Source: an uncultured Colwellia sp.
Lineage (GTDB): Bacteria; Pseudomonadota; Gammaproteobacteria; Enterobacterales; Alteromonadaceae
NCBI GenBank assembly: GCA_965261045.1
Contig: CBDHCJ010000002.1
Coordinates: 48,975-112,974, forward strand
Reading direction: 5' to 3'
DNA: 64,000 bases
Below the pieces are notes generated by a model. It had not been told where the DNA came from. It made no database searches and saw only the letters and a program-made list of their open reading frames with translations. This document shows, one piece after another, positions 55,130-64,000 of this stretch. Both the position numbers and the translations under genes were made by a program. Position 1 is the first letter of the stretch. Each line of letters opens with the position of its first letter.

Positions 55130-56461
55130 ATGAAAAAAATAAAGAGTGAACTTATGAACCAAACTGAAAATTTAATCACAAATAAGTCAGAACAGCTATT
55201 TGCTCAGGCAAAAAAAGTGATCCCTGGTGGCGTAAACTCTCCTGTACGTGCTTTTAATAGTGTTGGTGGTACGCCATCTTTTATTAAACGCGCTCAGGGT
55301 GCTTATATTTATGATGCCGATGATAATGCTTACATTGATTATGTTGGTTCATGGGGACCGATGATTTTAGGTCATAATCACCCTGCTATTTTAGACGCTG
55401 TCATCAATGCGGCACAAAATGGTTTAAGCTTTGGCGCACCAACAGAACTAGAAATCACCATGGCAGAAAAAGTACGTGAAGTAGTGCCGTCAATGGAATC
55501 ACTACGTATGGTAAGCTCTGGCACAGAAGCCACCATGAGTGCTATTCGCTTAGCACGTGGTTATACTAATCGCGATAAAATTTTAAAATTTGAAGGCTGT
55601 TATCACGGTCATGCTGACTCGTTACTAGTAAAAGCAGGCTCGGGAGCATTAACCTTAGGGGTACCAAACTCTCCTGGAATTCCCGCTGACTTTGCCAAGC
55701 ACACGTTAACCGTTAGCTATAATAATATTGAGCAAGTAAAAGAAATTTTTGCTAAATACCCTGATCAAATTGCTTGTATTATAGTTGAACCTGTAGCAGG
55801 CAATATGAATTGCATTCCTCCTATTGAAGGCTTTCTTGAAGGCTTACGTACTGTATGTGATGAATACAAATCTGTATTAATTTTCGATGAAGTAATGACA
55901 GGCTTTCGTGTCGCATTAGGTGGCGCTCAAGCATATTACAATATCAAACCAGATTTAACTACCTTAGGAAAGATCATTGGTGGCGGTATGCCAGTGGGTG
56001 CTTTTGGCGGTAAGAAAGAAATCATGGATCACATTGCACCCGTAGGGTTAGTATATCAAGCAGGCACACTTTCAGGTAACCCTATTGCTATGGCCGCAGG
56101 TCTAGCCTCGTTAACTGAATTAGCCCAAGGTAACAAACATGAACAACTAAATGCTACCACTGAAAAATTAGCCATGGGCTTAAAAGCAGCCGCAGAGCGA
56201 AATGGTATTAATTTAAGTATTAACTATGTTGGTGCGATGTTTGGTTTTTTCTTTACCGATGATGACCATCCAATTACTACTTTCGAACAAGTAATGGCAT
56301 GTGATAGTGATAAATTTAAACGTTTCTTCCATTTAATGCTAGAGCACGGTGTATATCTTGCACCATCAGCATTTGAAACAGGGTTTTTATCTACCGCTCA
56401 TAGCGATGATATTATCGAGAAAACCCTTGAAGCTGCGGCTAAGTGTTTTGCACAATTATAA
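55130..56461 (+). CDS. hemL: Glutamate-1-semialdehyde 2,1-aminomutase
   Basis: [41 protein letters not shown]. Confidence 0.98.
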   Translation: MKKIKSELMNQTENLITNKSEQLFAQAKKVIPGGVNSPVRAFNSVGGTPSFIKRAQGAYIYDADDNAYIDYVGSWGPMILGHNHPAILDAVINAAQNGLSFGAPTELEITMAEKVREVVPSMESLRMVSSGTEATMSAIRLARGYTNRDKILKFEGCYHGHADSLLVKAGSGALTLGVPNSPGIPADFAKHTLTVSYNNIEQVKEIFAKYPDQIACIIVEPVAGNMNCIPPIEGFLEGLRTVCDEYKSVLIFDEVMTGFRVALGGAQAYYNIKPDLTTLGKIIGGGMPVGAFGGKKEIMDHIAPVGLVYQAGTLSGNPIAMAAGLASLTELAQGNKHEQLNATTEKLAMGLKAAAERNGINLSINYVGAMFGFFFTDDDHPITTFEQVMACDSDKFKRFFHLMLEHGVYLAPSAFETGFLSTAHSDDIIEKTLEAAAKCFAQL

Positions 56462-56661
56462 CAAAGCTTATAACAAAGCCTATAAAAAATCCGAAAATGG
56501 TGAATTACCCCGTGACATCGCTTCGCTCTTATTACAGGGTTTTCTCGACAGATTTACCATAAAGTTTCTCATTTTTTATTTCTTGACCATGTATTCAAAT
56601 TTAACTAATATTTACAACAACTTTAATTTGTTCGAAAGAACGTTAATCATGAGGAAGTAAC

Positions 56662-58944
56662 ATGAATAATAATAAATGTGAACTTAAACGCATAAAATCA
56701 AATTTCATAAACCCAATACTGTTGGGCATTTTAATGTCTATTAATGGTCAAGTATTGGCTGCTGAGACTGAACAAAAAACAGAGGAAGCAGCCAAAGAAA
56801 ATGATCTTGAAGTCATAATGGTTACTGCCCGTAAACGCACAGAAAGCATATATGAAGTACCAACCTCAATTACATCAATGGGGGCTGAAGAAATGGAAAA
56901 AGCGAATATCAGTAATTTAGACGATATTGGTAAGTATGTGCCCAACTTAAATATTAGTCGTTACGGTGGCGGTAACTCAGCTCATGCTGCTGTATTTATT
57001 CGTGGTATTGGTTTACAAGATCACGTTATTACCACAGACCCAGGTGTAGGTGTTTATGTAGATGGCGTATATCTAGGTCGTCAAATGGGCGCTAATTTAT
57101 CTTTGCCTAATATTGAGCGTGTAGAAGTATTAAGGGGACCACAAGGTACCTTGTACGGTAGAAACTCTTTAGGTGGTGCCGTAAATGTAATCACTAAAAA
57201 GCCAGGTGATGAAGACGTTTTTTCAGTAACAGGGCAAGTGGGATCTCGTGGACGTTTCCTTGGTGAGCTTTATTATAATCAACAAGTATCTGATGACTTT
57301 TCACTTTCTGCTAGTACTAGTTATAAAGTACGTAATGGTGTTGGTAAAGCTGTAAACTTATCTGATCCTGAAAGAGAAATAGGTGAAGAAGAAGAATTGA
57401 GTGCGCGTTTAGCAGCAAAGTGGCAAGTAAATACCGATCTTTCTTTATTGCTTTCGTTTGATACTGTAGACAACGAGTCTGGACAAAGCCCATATACAAT
57501 AGAATTTACTGAGCCCGTTGATAGCACTAACGCCTTTAATGGTGACTTTCACTTATTAACACCAAATTTAATCCCTGACAATCCTGATGATTTAGGCACA
57601 ACGGTTGCAGGTCTTGAATCTACTGCTTCATCTGGCTGGGGTGCTTCATTAACTGCAGACTGGACTATTGATGATAGCTTAAGTGCTAAATTTATTGCCA
57701 GTGTACGTAATTCAGAATATGAAGGAGGTTTAGATGATGATGGTTCAGCATTAAATTTATCAGAATTTCCTGAAACAGGTGGAGCTGATCAATACTCATT
57801 TGAATTACAAGTAAATGGTACTTACGAAGGTTATGATTTTGTCTCAGGGCTTTATTACTTTAATGAAGATGGCTTTACTGAATCTGGGCCTTATGTCTTT
57901 AGCCCATTTAATACGCCAGATGGTGTATTAAATGATGGAATTAATGCTTCATTTGGTAAATATGGTTATTTTGATTTAAACCAAGAAACTAATGCTTATG
58001 CCGCTTATGTTAATGTTTATTATGATGTTTCTGAAGCATTTACTTTAGGTGGTGGTTTACGCTATTCAAAAGATGAAAAAGAAGCGAATGCACACTTTCC
58101 AACCTTTGACTTTTTACCACCAGCATTAGGGCGTAAATTTGTTGAGGCTAATTTTAGTGCCATAACATGGGATTTTAATGCCTCATATGCGTTTTCAAAT
58201 ATTTATAATGTTTACGGCCAAATTCAGAAGGGTTATCAAACAGGCGGATTTCCACCAAGACCTTTTGGTGGAGCAGATCAGTTTGTTCAGTTTGATGAAA
58301 CTACTGCAATTAACTATGAAATAGGTTTTAAAGGCCAACCGACGAATGATTTATCATTACTTGTTGCGCTATTTATTACCCAGTATAAAGATCTTGCCTT
58401 ACCTTTTTCAGACCCTACAGCAGGTGGTGGATTTGTAACTATTGTTGAGAATGCGGGGCGTTCGGAAGCAAAAGGTATAGAAATAGAAGCAACATATGAT
58501 GTTACTGATAACTTTCGTATTAAAGCAGCAATTGGTTACCTAAATGCTGAAATTACAGAAGTTGAAGATGGCGTTTTAGGTATTGCTGAAGGTGATTCAC
58601 CAGCATTAACACCTAAATGGACCTTCATGTTTGCACCATCTTATTATGTTGATTTAGACGACGGAGAAGTCATCTCTATTTCTGCTGATTATTCATTCAG
58701 AGATGAAATGCAAGGCCAGTCTAAGTTTAATGCAAATGAACAAATTGACTCAAGAGAACTTGTTGGCTTCAATGTTAAATACCAATCAGCAAAAGGTGAT
58801 TGGTCATTAAGCTTATATGGTCAGAACGTATTCAATGAAGTATATGACCAAGGTCGCTTACAGCAGCCAGGCTATGTTGGTATTGTACGAAGTAACGACC
58901 GTAGTGAGTTTGGCCTCAAATATAACAAGATATTTGATCTTTAA
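56662..58944 (+). CDS. TonB-dependent receptor
   Basis: Signal peptide, EVIMVTARKR TonB-box region, VEVLRGPQGTLYGRNSLGGAVN plug. Confidence 0.95.
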   Translation: MNNNKCELKRIKSNFINPILLGILMSINGQVLAAETEQKTEEAAKENDLEVIMVTARKRTESIYEVPTSITSMGAEEMEKANISNLDDIGKYVPNLNISRYGGGNSAHAAVFIRGIGLQDHVITTDPGVGVYVDGVYLGRQMGANLSLPNIERVEVLRGPQGTLYGRNSLGGAVNVITKKPGDEDVFSVTGQVGSRGRFLGELYYNQQVSDDFSLSASTSYKVRNGVGKAVNLSDPEREIGEEEELSARLAAKWQVNTDLSLLLSFDTVDNESGQSPYTIEFTEPVDSTNAFNGDFHLLTPNLIPDNPDDLGTTVAGLESTASSGWGASLTADWTIDDSLSAKFIASVRNSEYEGGLDDDGSALNLSEFPETGGADQYSFELQVNGTYEGYDFVSGLYYFNEDGFTESGPYVFSPFNTPDGVLNDGINASFGKYGYFDLNQETNAYAAYVNVYYDVSEAFTLGGGLRYSKDEKEANAHFPTFDFLPPALGRKFVEANFSAITWDFNASYAFSNIYNVYGQIQKGYQTGGFPPRPFGGADQFVQFDETTAINYEIGFKGQPTNDLSLLVALFITQYKDLALPFSDPTAGGGFVTIVENAGRSEAKGIEIEATYDVTDNFRIKAAIGYLNAEITEVEDGVLGIAEGDSPALTPKWTFMFAPSYYVDLDDGEVISISADYSFRDEMQGQSKFNANEQIDSRELVGFNVKYQSAKGDWSLSLYGQNVFNEVYDQGRLQQPGYVGIVRSNDRSEFGLKYNKIFDL

Positions 58945-59032
58945 GCTTACTTGCAGATACAGAAGAGTGGTTAATTACCACTTTTTTACTTTTTAATAAA
59001 ACAACAAAAATTATACCGTCAAAGGAACTCTG

Positions 59033-59938
59033 ATGATTATTTATAATTTTGGCTCGATCAATATAGATCATGTTTATCAGGTTGAACATTTTGTTCGTCC
59101 AGGTGAAACCCTTACCTCTACTCAGTATCGAAAAGTAATGGGAGGTAAGGGAGCAAATCAATCTATTGCACTTGCTAAAGCAAATAACAAGGTTGTTCAT
59201 ATAGGTGCTATTGGCAAAGAAGATCAACATTTACTGGCTGACTTTGCACAAGTGGGCATTGATACAAAACACACTAGCTGTCTTTCACAAGCAACAGGTC
59301 ATGCAATTATTCAAGTGAATGACAGTGCAGAAAATGCAATCGTATTATTTCCTGGTGCTAATAATTGCTTAACGCTAGATCAAATTAATAATGCTTTAAA
59401 AGAAGCAACCCCCAAAGATTGGGTGTTATTGCAAAACGAAACTAACCTTATTGATATTATTGTTAAAGAAGCAAAAAACAAAAATTTAACAATAGCTTAC
59501 AACCCTGCACCTATGAATAAAAAGTTAGTTGAACGTGTTATTCAGCATATAGATATTCTTATTGTTAACGAAGTTGAAGCAATGGATCTTTTTGAGGTTA
59601 ACAGCGAACAAGAAGCTCAAAATATTTTACAACATGACTATCCACATTTAACAGTAATAATAACTTTAGGCGCTAAGGGAGTACGTTATCTTTGTGCTGG
59701 AGAGTTAATTGAAGTGTTAGCTTTTAAAGTAAACGCTGTTGATACCACCGCAGCAGGGGATACCTTTATTGGCTACTGCTTAACTGGGTTAATGAAAAAA
59801 GAATCCCCAAAAGACGTATTAACAAGAGCTTGTGCTGCCTCTGCCATTTGTGTTTCTCATGCTGGTGCAAGTAATACCATACCAACACATGCTGAAGTAG
59901 ATCATTTTTTACAAGAGAACTCACATAATGTCACGTAA
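59033..59938 (+). CDS. rbsK: Ribokinase (PfkB family)
   Basis: GSINID, GGKGANQ, NEVE, DTTAAGDTF. Confidence 0.88.
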   Translation: MIIYNFGSINIDHVYQVEHFVRPGETLTSTQYRKVMGGKGANQSIALAKANNKVVHIGAIGKEDQHLLADFAQVGIDTKHTSCLSQATGHAIIQVNDSAENAIVLFPGANNCLTLDQINNALKEATPKDWVLLQNETNLIDIIVKEAKNKNLTIAYNPAPMNKKLVERVIQHIDILIVNEVEAMDLFEVNSEQEAQNILQHDYPHLTVIITLGAKGVRYLCAGELIEVLAFKVNAVDTTAAGDTFIGYCLTGLMKKESPKDVLTRACAASAICVSHAGASNTIPTHAEVDHFLQENSHNVT

Positions 59939-60872
59939 GATTATAATTGATACCGACCCTGGCATTGATGATGCTTTAGCGATTCTTTTTGCACTTAATG
60001 CTCCACAATTAGACGTATTAGCATTAACAACTGTTTTTGGTAATGTGCCTGTTGAATTAGCCACTAAAAATGCGTTGTCATTGGTTGAAATAGCCAACCT
60101 TACAGTGCCTGTTGCGACTGGTGTGAAAGCACCTTTATTCATTCCTTCATTACCCCATCCTGAGGCCGTGCATGGCAGTGATGGCTTTGGTAATATAAAT
60201 TTGGCTGAGCCTAAACAGCAGGCTGATAAGAGAAGCGCTGCTGAAATGATTATTGACCTTGTACATGCGCATCCTAACCAAATTAGCATTATTACTTTAG
60301 GGCCGTTAGGTAATTTAGCTGAAGTGCTAGCGTTAGATCCTATGATAACAACACTGATTGATGAGGTTATTATTATGGGAGGATCGGCAGCAACCCCTGG
60401 TAACATGTCTCCTGTTGCCGAAGCTAATATAATACAAGATCCTTATGCTGCCGATAAGGTATTTTCTGCCGACTGGAAAGTCACAATGATAGGTCTTGAT
60501 GTTACTCAGAAGGTCATTATGAATATGGGCTTGTTAGAAAAAATTAAGGAAGGCAATCAACAGTATGGTGAATTTCTTTATCAAATTACTCAATTTTATT
60601 TTGATTTTCATAAGCAAACACAAAATATGGATGGTTGTTATGTGCATGATGCATCAACCATTGCTTATGCCATAGAGCCTGATATTTTTACTAGTAAACT
60701 GGGAGCCGTACGAGTAGCGACAGAAGGCGTAGCGATAGGTCAAACCGTCATTGCACCACCCAATGCAAAATATTGCCTTGATCACTGGGATAGTACGCCT
60801 AAATCAAATATTTGTTTAGATGTTGATAGTGAGAGACTTTTAAACTTGCTGAAAACGACACTGACCATGTGA
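59928..60872 (+). CDS. Nucleoside hydrolase (IUNH family)
   Basis: IIIDTDPGIDDA, GPLGNLA, AEANI..DP, VHD; overlaps rbsK. Confidence 0.95.
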   Translation: MSRKIIIDTDPGIDDALAILFALNAPQLDVLALTTVFGNVPVELATKNALSLVEIANLTVPVATGVKAPLFIPSLPHPEAVHGSDGFGNINLAEPKQQADKRSAAEMIIDLVHAHPNQISIITLGPLGNLAEVLALDPMITTLIDEVIIMGGSAATPGNMSPVAEANIIQDPYAADKVFSADWKVTMIGLDVTQKVIMNMGLLEKIKEGNQQYGEFLYQITQFYFDFHKQTQNMDGCYVHDASTIAYAIEPDIFTSKLGAVRVATEGVAIGQTVIAPPNAKYCLDHWDSTPKSNICLDVDSERLLNLLKTTLTM

Positions 60873-60912
60873 AAAAATTCAGTGACTTCTGTTTGAGATA
60901 AACAAAGTTACT

Positions 60913-61075
60913 TATACCCAAGCCACTTGAATTTGCGTGTGTCAGGATGGCTGAGTAAATAAGGCTCAGCCAGTCTGAGACACCATTACCCGTCAACAAT
61001 TCATAAGCTGACGTTCCCTGATGTCTGCCTAGCGACGATTTCTCAGATTGTGCCTGGCTTTAAATAATTCAAATT
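60913..61075 (+). mobile_element. Degenerate ERIC-like MITE (copy D)
   Basis: Starts tatacccaagccacttgaa; internal ggctgag/ctcagcc hairpin; GC-richer than flanks. Confidence 0.45.
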
Positions 61076-61103
61076 TGTTACCCAAGTTTGATGGGTTCCT
61101 TTA

Positions 61104-62339
61104 TTAACATATATAACGATCAAATAATTGCACAGTTACAACTTCACCGGCACTGATCCGACCTTGCTCCGATGCTAACACAATAAAACAATTTGCTTGT
61201 GTTAAGCTCGATAAAATCCCCGAGCCTTGCGAGCCAGTTGATACCACAACATTTTCGCCCTGTTCATTTACACTCAGCACTCCTCGCTGAAAATCCATAC
61301 GTCCAGGAGATTTCCTTAAATCACTAGTACATTTTACTTGTAATTCCGTACGCTTTAGCGGCTGTGCATTTTGCATTTTAGTTAAAGCAATCAAGGCTAA
61401 TTGGTGAAAAGTCACTAATGCTGAAACTGGATTTCCTGGTAAACCAAAAAAGGCACTGTTAGGCAACTTTCCAAAGGCAAACGGTTTACCTGGTTTCATT
61501 GCAATTTTCCAAAAACCAATTTCACCTAATTCATCTAATACGGTTTTTGTATAATCAGCATCACCAACAGAAACACCACCAGATGAAATGACAGCATCAG
61601 CTTGTTCATCAGCACTAACAAAGGCTGATTTTATAGCATCAAAATCATCTTCAATCACACCAAAATCAATCACTTCTACATGCAATTTTTCTAACATACC
61701 CCGTAACACAAAGCTGTTACTTTCATATATGTCACCAGAATTTAATGCTTGTCCTGGCAATTTTAGTTCATCACCCGTCGCAATTAATGCCACCGTTAAT
61801 TTGCGATAAACGCACACTTCGCTAATGCCTAACGAGGCTAAGATACCAATATCCACCGCTGATAACTGATGACCTTTAGTCAGTACTTTTTGCCCTAATT
61901 GAATATCTTCACCTGCTTTACGCACATGAGAGCCTCGTTGCTTTTCCTTTAAAAAGGTAATGTCATTATCACTTACTTGCACATTTTCCTGCATTTCAAC
62001 GCTATCACAATCGTTTGGCATTTTAGCACCCGTCATAATACGTATACATTCACCTAACTTACATGCCCCTTCATAAGGCGCGCCTGCCATAGAGCGACCA
62101 ACTAAGGTCAATGTATTGCTTTGATGTAAACTGTCAAGCGCAAAAGCATAACCATCCATAGCTGAATTATCGTGGTTAGGTACATTAAGAGGGCTAGCAA
62201 TATTTTGTGCTAATACATAGTTCATCGCCTGTGTTATGTCTAGGTTAAGCCTTTCTGTAACAGGTGTTATTTGTGACAACATATTCTCTATAGCCTGTGT
62301 AAAAGGCAATAAATCAGGAGTAGAACAACAATCAGACAT
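61104..62339 (-). CDS. moeA: Molybdopterin molybdotransferase
   Basis: SAMDGYA, RIMTGA, SSGGVSVG, MKPGKP, GLPGNPVSA, QGSGILSS. Confidence 0.97.
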   Translation of the reverse strand: MSDCCSTPDLLPFTQAIENMLSQITPVTERLNLDITQAMNYVLAQNIASPLNVPNHDNSAMDGYAFALDSLHQSNTLTLVGRSMAGAPYEGACKLGECIRIMTGAKMPNDCDSVEMQENVQVSDNDITFLKEKQRGSHVRKAGEDIQLGQKVLTKGHQLSAVDIGILASLGISEVCVYRKLTVALIATGDELKLPGQALNSGDIYESNSFVLRGMLEKLHVEVIDFGVIEDDFDAIKSAFVSADEQADAVISSGGVSVGDADYTKTVLDELGEIGFWKIAMKPGKPFAFGKLPNSAFFGLPGNPVSALVTFHQLALIALTKMQNAQPLKRTELQVKCTSDLRKSPGRMDFQRGVLSVNEQGENVVVSTGSQGSGILSSLTQANCFIVLASEQGRISAGEVVTVQLFDRYIC

Positions 62340-62555
62340 AAGATACTCACATTAACTATTTTCAATGGCGCTAGTATCGCTCAATTTCCTAGTAAAGTAA
62401 TCGTGATTTACCTTTTTATCAGATTTTAATTGCGCATTTATTGATGTTAATCAAAATAAAAACTATTACACTACTTTTCATAAAATGAGATATACTTATT
62501 TACTGGCTATGTGGCTAGAATAAGCGGCTAGAATAAGTAGCTAAAATAAATATAT

Positions 62556-62708
62556 TACACCGAGCTGTAAATACTAAGGTCTTTTTAGACAATATCTACT
62601 AAAACTATGTATTTGTAAGCCGCAGCTAAACTGCTTGTTATAAAACAAGAAGTTAGTTGCCAGGGTTAACAAGGAAACACGTTAGCCTCCCGACATTTGG
62701 AAAGGTGA
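62556..62708 (+). ncRNA. Moco riboswitch-like leader of moaA
   Basis: acaccgagc...taagg...ccagggt...ggaaac...gcctcccg...ttggaaagg motif order directly upstream of moaA. Confidence 0.8.
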
Positions 62709-62709
62709 G

Positions 62710-63681
62710 ATGTTAACAGACAACTTCGGTCGCAAGTTTTATTACCTGCGCCTATCTATTACTGACGTATGTAACTTTCGTTGCCATTACTGTCTGCCTG
62801 ACGGTTATCAATGTGATCAACCGCGTGATTTTATGTCACTAACCGAAATAAAGCACTTAACTGCCGCTTTTGCCGGTTTAGGTACAGAAAAAATTCGCAT
62901 CACTGGTGGCGAACCCGCACTTCGTAAAGATCTGCCTGATATTATTGCCAGTTGCAAACAAACCCAAGGCATTAAAAAAGTCGCCATAACGAGTAACGGT
63001 TTTAAATTGCCAGAGCACTTACCTCTATGGTTAGATGCTGGAATTGATGCCATTAATATCAGTATTGATAGTTTAGATCCCCGTCAATTCCTTGCCATTA
63101 CCGGCCATAATAAACTTAAGACCATATTAAAAGGTATTGATATAGCACTAACCGATGGCCGCCCAAGCATTAAAGTTAATACGGTATTAATGCGTGAATA
63201 CAGTGGTCGAAATATTCAAAGCTATTTAGATTGGTTAAAAGAGACTCCTGTCACTTTACGTTTTATCGAACTTATGCAAACCGGTGATAATAAGAAGTTT
63301 TTTGATGCGCAACATGTACAAGGCTCTCGCATCAAGCAAAACCTGATTCTAGATGGTTGGTTGCCTGTGATTCAAGAGAAAGCCGCAGGGCCAGCACAAG
63401 AATTTTACCACCCCGATTATCAAGGGCGCATTGGCTTAATCATGCCGTATTCGAAAGATTTTTGTAATAGCTGCAATCGCTTACGAGTAAGTTCATCAGG
63501 TAAACTACATTTATGCTTGTTTGGTGAAAATGGTTTTTCTTTGCGAGAGCAAATGCAATCAGACAATATTGAGCCATTACAAGCAAAAATTTTATCTCTA
63601 TTAGGTGATAAGAAAGCGACTCATTTTTTACATGATAAGCTTACCGGCGCTACTAAACACTTAGCCATGCTAGGTGGTTAG
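62710..63681 (+). CDS. moaA: GTP 3',8-cyclase
   Basis: YLRLSITDVCNFRCHYC, TGGEP, FCNSCNRLR, C-terminal GG. Confidence 0.98.
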   Translation: MLTDNFGRKFYYLRLSITDVCNFRCHYCLPDGYQCDQPRDFMSLTEIKHLTAAFAGLGTEKIRITGGEPALRKDLPDIIASCKQTQGIKKVAITSNGFKLPEHLPLWLDAGIDAINISIDSLDPRQFLAITGHNKLKTILKGIDIALTDGRPSIKVNTVLMREYSGRNIQSYLDWLKETPVTLRFIELMQTGDNKKFFDAQHVQGSRIKQNLILDGWLPVIQEKAAGPAQEFYHPDYQGRIGLIMPYSKDFCNSCNRLRVSSSGKLHLCLFGENGFSLREQMQSDNIEPLQAKILSLLGDKKATHFLHDKLTGATKHLAMLGG

Positions 63682-63685
63682 TATT

Positions 63686-64000
63686 ATGACTAGCTGTTTA
63701 GGTGTAGTACTAGCGGGTGGGTTATCATCACGCATGGGAAAGAATAAAGCTAAGTTGTTGCGTAATAACATCGACATGCTTAAATTCTCCAAACAACTAC
63801 TGCTTAATTCGGGTATTAAAGATGTTGTGGTTAGTGGTGATAACTATGATATACCAGACAAAGTAAAACAGAGCGGTCCTGTTGGCGGTATTTATAGTGT
63901 GTTGTCGAGTTTTCCCTTGCATAAGTCACCAACAGCAATATTGATACTACCTATTGATTTACCGTTAATGACAGCTAAATATTTAACAGACTTACGTTTG
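63686..64000 (+). CDS. mobA: Molybdenum cofactor guanylyltransferase, 3'-partial
   Basis: MTSCLGVVLAGGLSSRMGKNKA...GPVGGI...PIDLP; not in ORF track, runs off the window. Confidence 0.88.
   Translation, partial: MTSCLGVVLAGGLSSRMGKNKAKLLRNNIDMLKFSKQLLLNSGIKDVVVSGDNYDIPDKVKQSGPVGGIYSVLSSFPLHKSPTAILILPIDLPLMTAKYLTDLRL

Overview
A 64-kb chromosomal segment of a low-GC marine gammaproteobacterium; gene order and protein sequences point to Colwelliaceae (Colwellia/Thalassotalea-like; inference). The backbone is housekeeping: accCB-aroQ-dsbD-cutA, fxsA-groESL, epmB-efp, priC, tRNA-Arg(CCT), mlaA-ribH-nusB-thiL-pgpA, raiA, dbpA, mmsA, SRP RNA, fumC, rnr, erpA, ClC-hemJ-pyrB-hemL, moeA, Moco riboswitch-moaA-mobA. 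Accessory material includes two visibly GC-richer giant adhesin genes, a maltose/alpha-glucan locus, two Fic genes and a TonB receptor-ribokinase-nucleoside hydrolase cluster. The first adhesin is 5'-partial, Ig-repeat, and carries circularly permuted discoidin/F-type-lectin-like domains. The second is an autotransporter with 12 mosaic Ig repeats whose true start (50019) is put out of frame by a C16 tract, i.e. an apparent phase-OFF state. The 507-aa Fic gene has an exactly 23-bp-periodic array of four AAAAGCTA boxes over its promoter. Decay is widespread: truncated azlC, doubly frameshifted hicB, a GH31 with an in-frame deletion of its catalytic core, a shredded HTH-PIN cassette, truncated ERIC-like MITEs and many 12-19 bp tandem duplications. 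No CRISPR array, integrase or transposase was seen. All homology calls are from motif recognition and recall; no searches were run.
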